A model generated the notes under the pieces. That model made no database searches. It saw only the letters and a program-made list of their open reading frames with translations, and was not told where the DNA came from. 64,000 bases of DNA from a virus. The stretch spans positions 64,001 through 128,000 of the IMG/VR virus record IMGVR_UViG_3300032323_002909; one strand, 5' to 3'. Below, piece after piece: positions 10,930 through 18,827 of this stretch. The position numbers and the translations under genes are program-made. How positions within the stretch are numbered: position 1 is the stretch's first letter; every line of letters begins with the position of its first letter.

Positions 10930-11723
10930 ACCACTTCGACGTTGGATTTCAATCTCTTCAGGGATTGTATCACAGTATTATAATCTGATTGCGGTATTTG
11001 TAGTGGTAACATACCGTGCTTCACAATAAATACAGTGTCTGCTCTATTAACAATTTCACTATGTTTCGGTGATGATGAAATAGTGGATTGGCTTATACTC
11101 CAATCTTCATCGCCTAAATATTCCCAAGAATTCGCAATATCTGCAAAATTCCAAAAAGGTGGGTGCATATCGGACTTGATTATACGATACGTATGTTCAA
11201 CATGTTCACATGCATTGTAGAAATCTTCATCCAAAAGACCAACAGTTTCTAAACATTTTTTAGAATAATATGAAAAAGCACCTACGCAATGTTGATATAA
11301 ACTAATTCCAACATCGTCATATTGAATGGTTATTTTTGGATTAGCTTCTCTAGTATGGTAATTTTTATTCATTATACCATGTTGAGAATAGTTGAAGTGT
11401 TGAATACCACTCTTTTTCGATGCCTTGATATAAGCATTAAAAACATTTTTATCTTTAATGAAGATATCATCTTCGATCAAAAAAATATGCTCACAACCTG
11501 AATCTAAAAGATGTTTCAAAGCGATATTTTTCGAAACACCTACACCAACATTACGTTCATTTTTAATAACATATGTGTTCCACCCGTCTACATCGACTTC
11601 ATCACCATCATTAACAACGATTAATTTAGACCAATCACAATCACCAACGCTGTCTAACAATTTTTTTAGTTGCTTTGGTCTATTATAGGTAACAATACCT
11701 ATTCCAATTTTACCCTCTTTCAT
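10926..11723 (-). CDS. GT2 glycosyltransferase
   Basis: IGIVTYNR, VVNDG, NVGVGVSKN, LIEDD, GLLDE. Confidence 0.9.
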   Translation of the reverse strand: MKEGKIGIGIVTYNRPKQLKKLLDSVGDCDWSKLIVVNDGDEVDVDGWNTYVIKNERNVGVGVSKNIALKHLLDSGCEHIFLIEDDIFIKDKNVFNAYIKASKKSGIQHFNYSQHGIMNKNYHTREANPKITIQYDDVGISLYQHCVGAFSYYSKKCLETVGLLDEDFYNACEHVEHTYRIIKSDMHPPFWNFADIANSWEYLGDEDWSISQSTISSSPKHSEIVNRADTVFIVKHGMLPLQIPQSDYNTVIQSLKRLKSNVEVV

Positions 11724-11725
11724 TT

Positions 11726-12463
11726 TCAGTATTTTAAATTTTTAATATCGTTAGTAATTTTTTTAAATTCATTGTCTTTCTCGCTCCATTGTCCTTGTTC
11801 TTTAAGCATTTGCTCCATAAGTTCCAAGTTTTTGGGATCTAGAACACTACTCTCAGTTTCAATTAAATTACCATTTCGGTCAATAAATTCTCCAATCCAA
11901 GCAATTCTATCATCAATAGATGGGATATTTTCAATTGGAACAATCGCAGGACAATTATCAGGAATAAAAAATGGTGTATTTTCCAAATGATTGGAGTATT
12001 GATCATATAATCCAGCAAAAATATCATCAATTTCTCGAATATAATTTAAATTAGCATCACGCAACCCATCATCTACAATTTTAATTGATGGATCATATTT
12101 GATCCAGAATATAATATCCAAATTTTTTAAAGAACGACGAACAACATCCACGGTAACACCCAAAACATCTTCACTAATCAAATCTTTTTCGGCGGCATGT
12201 AATGTATATGCCATATTATCCAATGGACAACGATCATAGATAACATATTTTTCATCTTTATTGGTTTCCATTACTTGGGTCATCCAATCCAAGATTGTAA
12301 GTTGCGTTTCAGCATTTGTTTTGGATGAATGTTGTAGTCCCTTTTCCTTGAGAATATCACGATAAGTGATCTGAGGTGTTTTATACATCGACCACTTACG
12401 CAAAAAAGATTTCAACAATGTTGATTTTCCAGTACAACTCGCCCCACTAAAACTTATTTTCAT
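11726..12463 (-). CDS. P-loop nucleotide kinase-like protein (AAA_28/thymidylate kinase-like)
   Basis: SGASCTGKST Walker A; IYDRCPLD. Confidence 0.75.
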   Translation of the reverse strand: MKISFSGASCTGKSTLLKSFLRKWSMYKTPQITYRDILKEKGLQHSSKTNAETQLTILDWMTQVMETNKDEKYVIYDRCPLDNMAYTLHAAEKDLISEDVLGVTVDVVRRSLKNLDIIFWIKYDPSIKIVDDGLRDANLNYIREIDDIFAGLYDQYSNHLENTPFFIPDNCPAIVPIENIPSIDDRIAWIGEFIDRNGNLIETESSVLDPKNLELMEQMLKEQGQWSEKDNEFKKITNDIKNLKY

Positions 12464-13324
12464 ATTAATATTAACTTACCATCTTTTATCAAATTGTCAA
12501 TATCATCTTGATTTAATTTATCATAATCATATTCTGAAAATACTTTAAACTGATATCCTCTTTTATTACACCAAATTTTAGCAGATTCCCATTTAGCGAT
12601 ATTTTGCAGATTCGAGTGTAGAGATTTTGGTTTAATTTCAAAAAAAAATATTATCGGATACGAAATCGCAGAAATAATTTCTCTGCCTACCTTCATACAT
12701 ATAAGGTATCGCATATTTTCTAATCTCGCCATTTTCAAATTTTATATTATTGGGTTCAAGATATTTTATGATAAATGATACCTCCATCAAGGATCTGAAA
12801 AAAATACCATTATAATAACCTTTGGTTCCTTTACCTGATAATTTGTGCGCTGGTTTACCCCATTGGGGGTTGTCATTTCCGAATTTAGGTTTGAAATGAC
12901 ACTTGTTTCTATGATTTTCACGCATTTTATCAGCTTTTTCTTTTCCGTATCTCTCATCCCATTTTAAATTAATTCGTTCTTGTAATCTTTCATGTGATTT
13001 ATTTTTAATAGCATTTTCTCTGTGTTTATTTTTGATAATGTTAGCTTTTTCTCCACCATACTTTTCATCGAGAGACATCCCTTTACTTTTCTTATTTCTT
13101 GTTGACATTATGTAAGAGCTGGCACATTTATGACATAGGTAATTTGGATGTGGTGATTTAAGCCTGTTTGTTACATGACCGCTATAGTTGGTTTCTTTTA
13201 TATTTTCACATTCAGAACATTTTACTAAAATATTTTGTTTTTGTTTAATTTTACCCTTTCCTTTATATTTTGAATTAACCAACAATTTCGATATTATTTC
13301 TGATCCATTATAGTCATATGCCAT
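12460..13324 (-). pseudogene. TnsA-like PD-(D/E)xK endonuclease with N-terminal Cys pairs, split by a 1-nt frameshift in a T9 run (probable homing endonuclease)
   Basis: FRSLME..YFCDF in one frame continues as EIKP..KWESAKIWC..GYQFKVFSE in the next; removing one T at 12640-12648 fuses the two ORFs. Confidence 0.75.
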
Positions 13325-13370
13325 GTAATTATTTAATTAAGCGGAACTTTATATACAGTATTAAAAATAA

Positions 13371-13406
13371 AAACCCACTTGATTTTTTAAAAAATCAAGT
13401 GGGTTT
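13371..13406. terminator. 36-bp perfect palindrome, probable intrinsic terminator downstream of phoH
   Basis: AAACCCACTTGATTTTTTAAAAAATCAAGTGGGTTT, followed by a T-rich tract on the minus strand. Confidence 0.75.
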
Positions 13407-13428
13407 GTTGTTAAAAATCAAGTAATAA

Positions 13429-14175
13429 TTATTGTAAGTTCTTAAATTTCTTAACAATAAATTTCAAAATTTCAGATCTGACAATATCGCTTTCATCAAA
13501 TTCAAACGTTACTATACCATTATCGATAGATTCTTGATCATTGAAGATATTGTAAACTCCTTCAAATCCACTGAATTTAATATCTGGTTGCATACGGTCT
13601 CCAGCAAGTATCAATTTGCTATTTTCGCCGATTCGACTCATTACCGTCAAAATTTCTTTAGTTTCCATTTGTTGCGTTTCATCAACTAATACAAACATGT
13701 TGTCCCACGTGTGTCCACGTGCGTGGTTGACAGGCATAGTATCGACAATTCCAGCTTTTTTAATTTTTGGTAGGTCAGACTCCTCAACTATTTTATTGAT
13801 CAATTCGTAAGCTACAGCATTAAAAGGTTGACTCTTTTCAGCCTCAGAACCTGGTAAATAACCCATTGATCTAGAAGCACTTTCAACCATTGCTCTAACG
13901 TAGAGTAATTTATCATACAGTTTATCTTTAATCATGCTCAACCCGCAATATACAGATGTCCATGATTTACCAGTTCCTGCTGGTCCTTGTATGATGATTA
14001 CTTTAACATTTGGGTCTTTTATAATAGAGACCAACTTTTGTTGTTTATCGGTTAACTTGAAACCTCTTTTTTTGAATTTAAAATCTAGCTTATTATAATT
14101 ATTGATTATAGCTTCTTCGATTTCAGGGATTCTGGCTTCCTTACGCTTTTCTTTCGAAATTTTTCTAATCGCCAT
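13429..14175 (-). CDS. phoH: PhoH-like ATPase
   Basis: GPAGTGKS, GYLPG, RGHT, DETQ, SRIG, GD..QPD, DIVRS; start set at MAIRK behind a TAAGTA element. Confidence 0.92.
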   Translation of the reverse strand: MAIRKISKEKRKEARIPEIEEAIINNYNKLDFKFKKRGFKLTDKQQKLVSIIKDPNVKVIIIQGPAGTGKSWTSVYCGLSMIKDKLYDKLLYVRAMVESASRSMGYLPGSEAEKSQPFNAVAYELINKIVEESDLPKIKKAGIVDTMPVNHARGHTWDNMFVLVDETQQMETKEILTVMSRIGENSKLILAGDRMQPDIKFSGFEGVYNIFNDQESIDNGIVTFEFDESDIVRSEILKFIVKKFKNLQ

Positions 14176-14244
14176 GTTAATATTACTTAGTCGAAAATTA
14201 ACATTTTGCAATCGTATTCTTAATAATTAAGCGTTCTATGGTGT

Positions 14245-14448
14245 TCAATCAAACCATGGATGACTTTTAAAATTTTCTAAAATTGGTTCGTATTTATCGA
14301 CAACAATTTCTTCGGGAGGTGCAATTAATGCTACGGTTTCACCAATTGATTCTTGGTCTTCGTCTGTAACAAATTTAAAAAATTCGTCTTCTCTTACTAA
14401 AATTTCAATTTCCATATCTCGATTTAATAATAAGTTGTTTAATGTCAA
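14245..14448 (-). CDS. hypothetical protein
   Basis: Abuts the upstream gene on the coding strand. Confidence 0.45.
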   Translation of the reverse strand: MTLNNLLLNRDMEIEILVREDEFFKFVTDEDQESIGETVALIAPPEEIVVDKYEPILENFKSHPWFD

Positions 14449-15036
14449 TCATGGAGTTCGTCTAGCAGTTTTTTTAGCAGTTTTTCTAGCAGTTTTTCTA
14501 GCAGTTTTTTTGGCAGTTTTACTTGCGGCAGGTGTTGCGGTAGTAGCTGATCCATCAGCTGGTAGATAAATACCGCTATCATCATCAACATCATACATTC
14601 TTCTTCTATCTGGTCTTAAAACAAATTTAATTTGTTTTTCCACATCATCATATTGCACAATTGCTCTTGGCTCATTGAATCTTCTAATAATTATAGGTTC
14701 ACCATCATCATTAACCCCTTTTACACCAACATCTAACGCCCAGTGTGTTTTACCGCCGCCGAAATTTCTAATTTTTTTAGGTTTAGAGTTTTTGGTTGGA
14801 ATAAAACCCATTTCATCGATCCAATCAAGAATAATTTCTTCCGTTGTCTTACCCGCTTGTTTTATTGCACCGCTGGCAAGTTTAATATTTTTTCTAATAT
14901 TACTAACGTTTTGGTAGGTTTGAGGTAAAGCTACTTTGGTCAATTCTACAGCACCTTGTAATGCTTGTTTCCCAGTCTTCTTAAATGAATCCCAAAATCC
15001 TTCATCAAGTAATTCTTTTTGTGTGTGTTTATGCAT
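14449..15036 (-). CDS. putative internal head protein with histone H1-like C-terminal tail
   Basis: N-terminal ELLDE-G; C-terminal KTAKKTARKTARKTAKKTARR. Confidence 0.6.
   Translation of the reverse strand: MHKHTQKELLDEGFWDSFKKTGKQALQGAVELTKVALPQTYQNVSNIRKNIKLASGAIKQAGKTTEEIILDWIDEMGFIPTKNSKPKKIRNFGGGKTHWALDVGVKGVNDDGEPIIIRRFNEPRAIVQYDDVEKQIKFVLRPDRRRMYDVDDDSGIYLPADGSATTATPAASKTAKKTARKTARKTAKKTARRTP
14461..14523 (-). repeat. 12-bp tandem repeat, about 5 copies, encoding KTA[K/R]
   Basis: GCAGTTTTTCTA-like units on the plus strand. Confidence 0.85.
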
Positions 15037-15487
15037 TGGCTTGTAAATTTTGGTCTGCTACATTATTCAATGCTACATCGATAAGAGCATTGAGTTCATC
15101 TTTGATGAAACTTTTTCCTATTAAAACCTTATGATCGTTGGTGGCACGATTCCCAATTGAAAACGGAACACTGTTAAATTTTTTACCGCCGATCATACAA
15201 TCAAAAAGACACACAGGTCTTTCTACAGTATTACCTTCGCCGATATTTATGGTAATGGTATCTTCAACATCTTTTTCTAAACGAATAGAATTCACTGTTG
15301 TGAATCTTACTATTTTTTGGTGTGTGTTTTTATCTTCGCCCATTTCTAAATCTTCTCCATGTAAAACGTTATGCGCTCCATTACCTGTATCTAATTTAGC
15401 TGGAATATTACCGACACCATCGATGTTAATATCCTCGACTAATCCTAGAATATTTTTTTCAACGAAAAATTGTTTGAAACTTATCAT
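15029..15487 (-). CDS. retropepsin-like aspartic protease (RimK-associated putative protease family)
   Basis: AKLDTG catalytic motif, ERPV, VLIGKSFI. Confidence 0.8.
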   Translation of the reverse strand: MISFKQFFVEKNILGLVEDINIDGVGNIPAKLDTGNGAHNVLHGEDLEMGEDKNTHQKIVRFTTVNSIRLEKDVEDTITINIGEGNTVERPVCLFDCMIGGKKFNSVPFSIGNRATNDHKVLIGKSFIKDELNALIDVALNNVADQNLQANA

Positions 15488-15490
15488 CCA

Positions 15491-15946
15491 TTAACTAAGA
15501 GGGTTAAAATCGTCCGATTGTTCAAATCCAGTATTGGCAAAATCTGCTTTAGCATCTAAACGATGCCAAACATCCGACATGTATGTAGATGCTACTGTAA
15601 TTGCTGAGACCATCCAATCATCAAATTCGGTGTTGGAACATATGTCATAAAGTCTGTTAGAATATTCTGCTAACTTTTTCAATTCAGATACAAGAACTTC
15701 ATTAACTTCAAAATTATCCACTGACCCCATTGGCTCAACTTCCATTACAATATTTTGCATGGATTTAGATTCTGGTTCTAAATCATCATCGTATTCGGAT
15801 TCAAAATCATCATCGTCTTCAAAATCACCGCCAAGATCATCCATATCATCGTCTTCCAACATGTCATCGAGTCTTTCGTTCAAGACTTTTTTATTGCCAC
15901 GAAATGATTCCCAAATTAATGTGTTTTCTTCTCCTTTGAATTTCAT
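15491..15946 (-). CDS. acidic late protein, putative internal head protein
   Basis: TAAATA 5 nt before the ATG; LIWES..VLNE N-terminus; D/E-rich. Confidence 0.6.
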   Translation of the reverse strand: MKFKGEENTLIWESFRGNKKVLNERLDDMLEDDDMDDLGGDFEDDDDFESEYDDDLEPESKSMQNIVMEVEPMGSVDNFEVNEVLVSELKKLAEYSNRLYDICSNTEFDDWMVSAITVASTYMSDVWHRLDAKADFANTGFEQSDDFNPLS

Positions 15947-15954
15947 ATTATTAT

Positions 15955-16365
15955 TTAGCTCATTTGATCAGAAATATCTCTAACTTCTTGTCCTTGTTGT
16001 TCGCGACGAATAATTGGAAGAATTTTATTTTGATATAAATCTTTAGCCGTTTCACCAGAACCTTGAATTCTATCAATAGCATCAGGCTTTTTAAGCAGGT
16101 CTAAAAGGTTTTCCAAAGCAATCCTATCATTACCCGTAGGTCTTGGTTCCATCAATGCGGCGAGAACCACGTCCTCGATATACCGAATTTCGCCCTGAGA
16201 ACTTAAGGGAATAGTATCTTGTTCTGGTTCTGGTGCATCTGCCGCCATGTCAGCTTCGGGATTGGCTTGCGAAGGATCATCTTGCTCAGGTGGCAACATA
16301 TCTTGCTCATCTTGTTCTACCAATCTCTGGTAATGATTCAATAATTGTAAAGTTTTAAATTTCAT
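15955..16365 (-). CDS. hypothetical late protein
   Basis: ORF in the minus-strand run; N-terminal RLVE-Q. Confidence 0.6.
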   Translation of the reverse strand: MKFKTLQLLNHYQRLVEQDEQDMLPPEQDDPSQANPEADMAADAPEPEQDTIPLSSQGEIRYIEDVVLAALMEPRPTGNDRIALENLLDLLKKPDAIDRIQGSGETAKDLYQNKILPIIRREQQGQEVRDISDQMS

Positions 16366-16369
16366 ATGA

Positions 16370-16783
16370 TTATCGGGAAATCGTAGCTTTCAAATTTTGG
16401 CTTGCTTGGTCAATAGCTTTCGCCGCTTCGACGTTACGTTTTTTCATATATTCAGTGAGTTTAGGTACTATTTTCCTATCACCTTCCTCTTTAGCTTTTT
16501 TAAGAGCTCCTTTAGGTCTATTAGTTTTAGTCAGTTTAGCAATTGGTGACAATTGGTCATAACCATCAATAGTCTCACCCGCCAATTGATCAGGATTTAA
16601 TTTGTAAGGTTTGACTGCTTCTAAAGCAATTGCAGTATCATCGATATTCAATATGATTTTCTTACCATCGCTAGTGAATGGTATTTTTTTCTCATTCAGA
16701 AAAATTTTTACTTTCAACAAAGCATCAATTTTATCTATATTTGCAGGGTCATATTCTTCGAGGACATCTAAAAACTTACTCAT
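16370..16783 (-). CDS. hypothetical late protein
   Basis: TAAATA 5 nt upstream of the MSKFLDVLEE start. Confidence 0.6.
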   Translation of the reverse strand: MSKFLDVLEEYDPANIDKIDALLKVKIFLNEKKIPFTSDGKKIILNIDDTAIALEAVKPYKLNPDQLAGETIDGYDQLSPIAKLTKTNRPKGALKKAKEEGDRKIVPKLTEYMKKRNVEAAKAIDQASQNLKATISR

Positions 16784-16797
16784 ATGATTATTTATCA

Positions 16798-17340
16798 TTA
16801 ATGATTGAAAATTACCATTTTGTTGGTGATGTTTTGAAAATACGATTCATTCAAAAAGGTTAATCCCTCTTTCTCCAAATACTTAGATATTTTCTTAAAG
16901 GATGGTGTTTTATTGGATTGGGATATGAGCTCCAATCCTGATAATATTTTAGCATCCTTGGTGTTTATTCTCTTACAAAACTCAGCGTAATCGTAATTTT
17001 CTGTCCATACATTAACTTTAAAAATACGTTTTACTTTGGATAAAAGTTGATTTCTGAACTTATCCTTCGTTAGATTATTTGAAAAAAATACAATGTTCAA
17101 ATGATTTCTCGATTTCAAGAACTCGCAAAATGTCTTGATAAATTCATGAGTGTAGAGCTTTTTGTTGTTTTTGTTAGAAAAATTAAAATCCACCAATAGC
17201 CCCATTTGTTCTAACAATAATGCAAAATTTCGATTAGTTTCCATAAAAACTGTATCGATATCGATCACTAAATCATCACATTGCTCAATCATTGTTTGTT
17301 TTGTCTGAACCATTGATACCACACGGAACAAATTTGTCAA
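16798..17340 (-). CDS. hypothetical protein (start uncertain)
   Basis: Long ORF in the minus-strand run. Confidence 0.6.
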   Translation of the reverse strand: MTNLFRVVSMVQTKQTMIEQCDDLVIDIDTVFMETNRNFALLLEQMGLLVDFNFSNKNNKKLYTHEFIKTFCEFLKSRNHLNIVFFSNNLTKDKFRNQLLSKVKRIFKVNVWTENYDYAEFCKRINTKDAKILSGLELISQSNKTPSFKKISKYLEKEGLTFLNESYFQNITNKMVIFNH

Positions 17341-17341
17341 C

Positions 17342-17785
17342 TCACATTGAATACTTTGAACTCAAATCAACATTCTTCGGTGGGTTATTCAAGCGAACAT
17401 TGATGATCTCGTTGTAGTAGTCATCCCGAAAAATGACATTCTCTTTCATTTGGTAGTAAAGCTCAGCATAAGCAACTTCCCACTTACTGCCACAGATTGC
17501 CAGTATTTGCCTCGTAAAGCTCTGTTTGCCGTATTTCTCGATATCCTCCTTGAGTTTGTTGGAAGAGCCGTAGTAGGTCTCGTAATCGCTCTTAACGTGG
17601 TCGATACGGTTCCGTTTCTTACCCTTGAGCGGTTTACGTTTGATTCTAGACCAGAACTGCTTCTTGCCGATATACTTCTTCCCTGTAGCGGTGTTGGTTA
17701 TCAGGTAGACGAAAGCGTAATGGCTCTCCTTGTCAAGATTCTCTGGAAGATTTTGCCACGGTGGATCGATACTGGTGTCACTCAT
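17342..17785 (-). CDS. GIY-YIG nuclease (Seg-like)
   Basis: FVYLITN...KYIGKK, YYGSS, F.RQIL, YYN. Confidence 0.85.
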   Translation of the reverse strand: MSDTSIDPPWQNLPENLDKESHYAFVYLITNTATGKKYIGKKQFWSRIKRKPLKGKKRNRIDHVKSDYETYYGSSNKLKEDIEKYGKQSFTRQILAICGSKWEVAYAELYYQMKENVIFRDDYYNEIINVRLNNPPKNVDLSSKYSM

Positions 17786-17819
17786 TTGCGGTTACTTAGC
17801 TGGTGGATGCTAGAAAATC

Positions 17820-18150
17820 CATTTTTTTGCGATTTTTGCTTGCTTTTTCAATTTTTGCATTTATATTTAATTATAATTAACTACAACATAATCTATAAAC
17901 TATAACTTATATCATATAATATTAATAAAATAATAATATAATATTAATGAAAAATGCATTGTTTTTATATATTTGTTCTGTTGTTATATTTTATTATGTT
18001 AACAACTATTAATTATAACAATATCTAATTTATATAAAATAATAAGAAAATTAATTATTGCTATTGACAAATCGAAAATCTATGTTAAATTATGGGTGGG
18101 GGGTGGGAATAGATTATTAATATATAGTTAAATTTAAACGCGAAAAAATG
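17820..18150. other. very AT-rich intergenic region at the main coding-strand switch, candidate replication origin
   Basis: About 12% GC by hand count over 17881-18060; genes are minus-strand to the left and mostly plus-strand to the right. Confidence 0.55.
18064..18091 (+). promoter_or_regulatory. sigma70-type promoter with no adjacent sense ORF, reading into a G-tract
   Basis: TTGACA-N16-TAAATT with extended TG, then GGGTGGGGGGTGGG at 18094-18107. Confidence 0.6.
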
Positions 18151-18156
18151 AAAAAG

Positions 18157-18405
18157 TCAACCAATCGATCCGTCCCAAGTAGACAATTTTCTCCTTTTAC
18201 CAGATTTCTTACCAGTCTTTTTACCAGTTTTCAACCCACCTTTTCGAGTCGTGATACCAAGACCATATGGATTTTGCATATTTCCAGTTGCATATGAATC
18301 TTTATTTTCGATTCCTACTGCCGTGGGGATATCACCGTATACGCCACCCGCAGTCATCTCCTCATAAATTTTCACAATTTCAATTTCGTCACTTGACTTT
18401 CTCAT
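18157..18405 (-). CDS. small late protein with basic KTGK-repeat tail
   Basis: TAAATA 5 nt before MRKSSDEIEIVKIYEE; C-terminal KTGKKTGKKSGKRRK. Confidence 0.6.
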   Translation of the reverse strand: MRKSSDEIEIVKIYEEMTAGGVYGDIPTAVGIENKDSYATGNMQNPYGLGITTRKGGLKTGKKTGKKSGKRRKLSTWDGSIG

Positions 18406-18431
18406 AATAGTATTTATCATAATAAGACAGT

Positions 18432-18827
18432 ATGGAACAGCTTAAAAAGTATCAACAACAGTATCAAGAGTTTTGCAACATTGATGATTTTAATCTCGAA
18501 GATAGAGCCAAGCGTGTTCCAGCTGAAAAACATTTTTGGGTGTGTCGATTGATTGATGCTAAAATTGAGATGGATAATCTTCACAAAATGAAAGCATCAC
18601 ATCGAACAACTCTTAAACAAAAAATCCTTACTGAATCGCCTATAGTATTGAACGAGCAAGTTCTGAATACACAGGTGGATAAATCACCTTCGATGGACAA
18701 TATCAATCAAAAAATTAAAGAACATGCGTTCATGATTGAGTATTTGGAGAAATTGGTAAATCAAATCACCTTTATCGGCAATGATATCAAAAACATAATA
18801 AGCGTCAAAGCTCTACAAGAACAATGA
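18432..18827 (+). CDS. uvsY: recombination mediator UvsY
   Basis: IDDFNL..P..W and GNDIKNII pattern, 131 aa, coupled to uvsW. Confidence 0.7.
   Translation: MEQLKKYQQQYQEFCNIDDFNLEDRAKRVPAEKHFWVCRLIDAKIEMDNLHKMKASHRTTLKQKILTESPIVLNEQVLNTQVDKSPSMDNINQKIKEHAFMIEYLEKLVNQITFIGNDIKNIISVKALQEQ

Noticed and set aside
1-12463. Bacterial O-antigen locus or chimeric host contig
   Set aside because: Composition and promoter style match the phage genes, the run is continuous with phoH and late genes, and no wzx, wzy or other host genes are present
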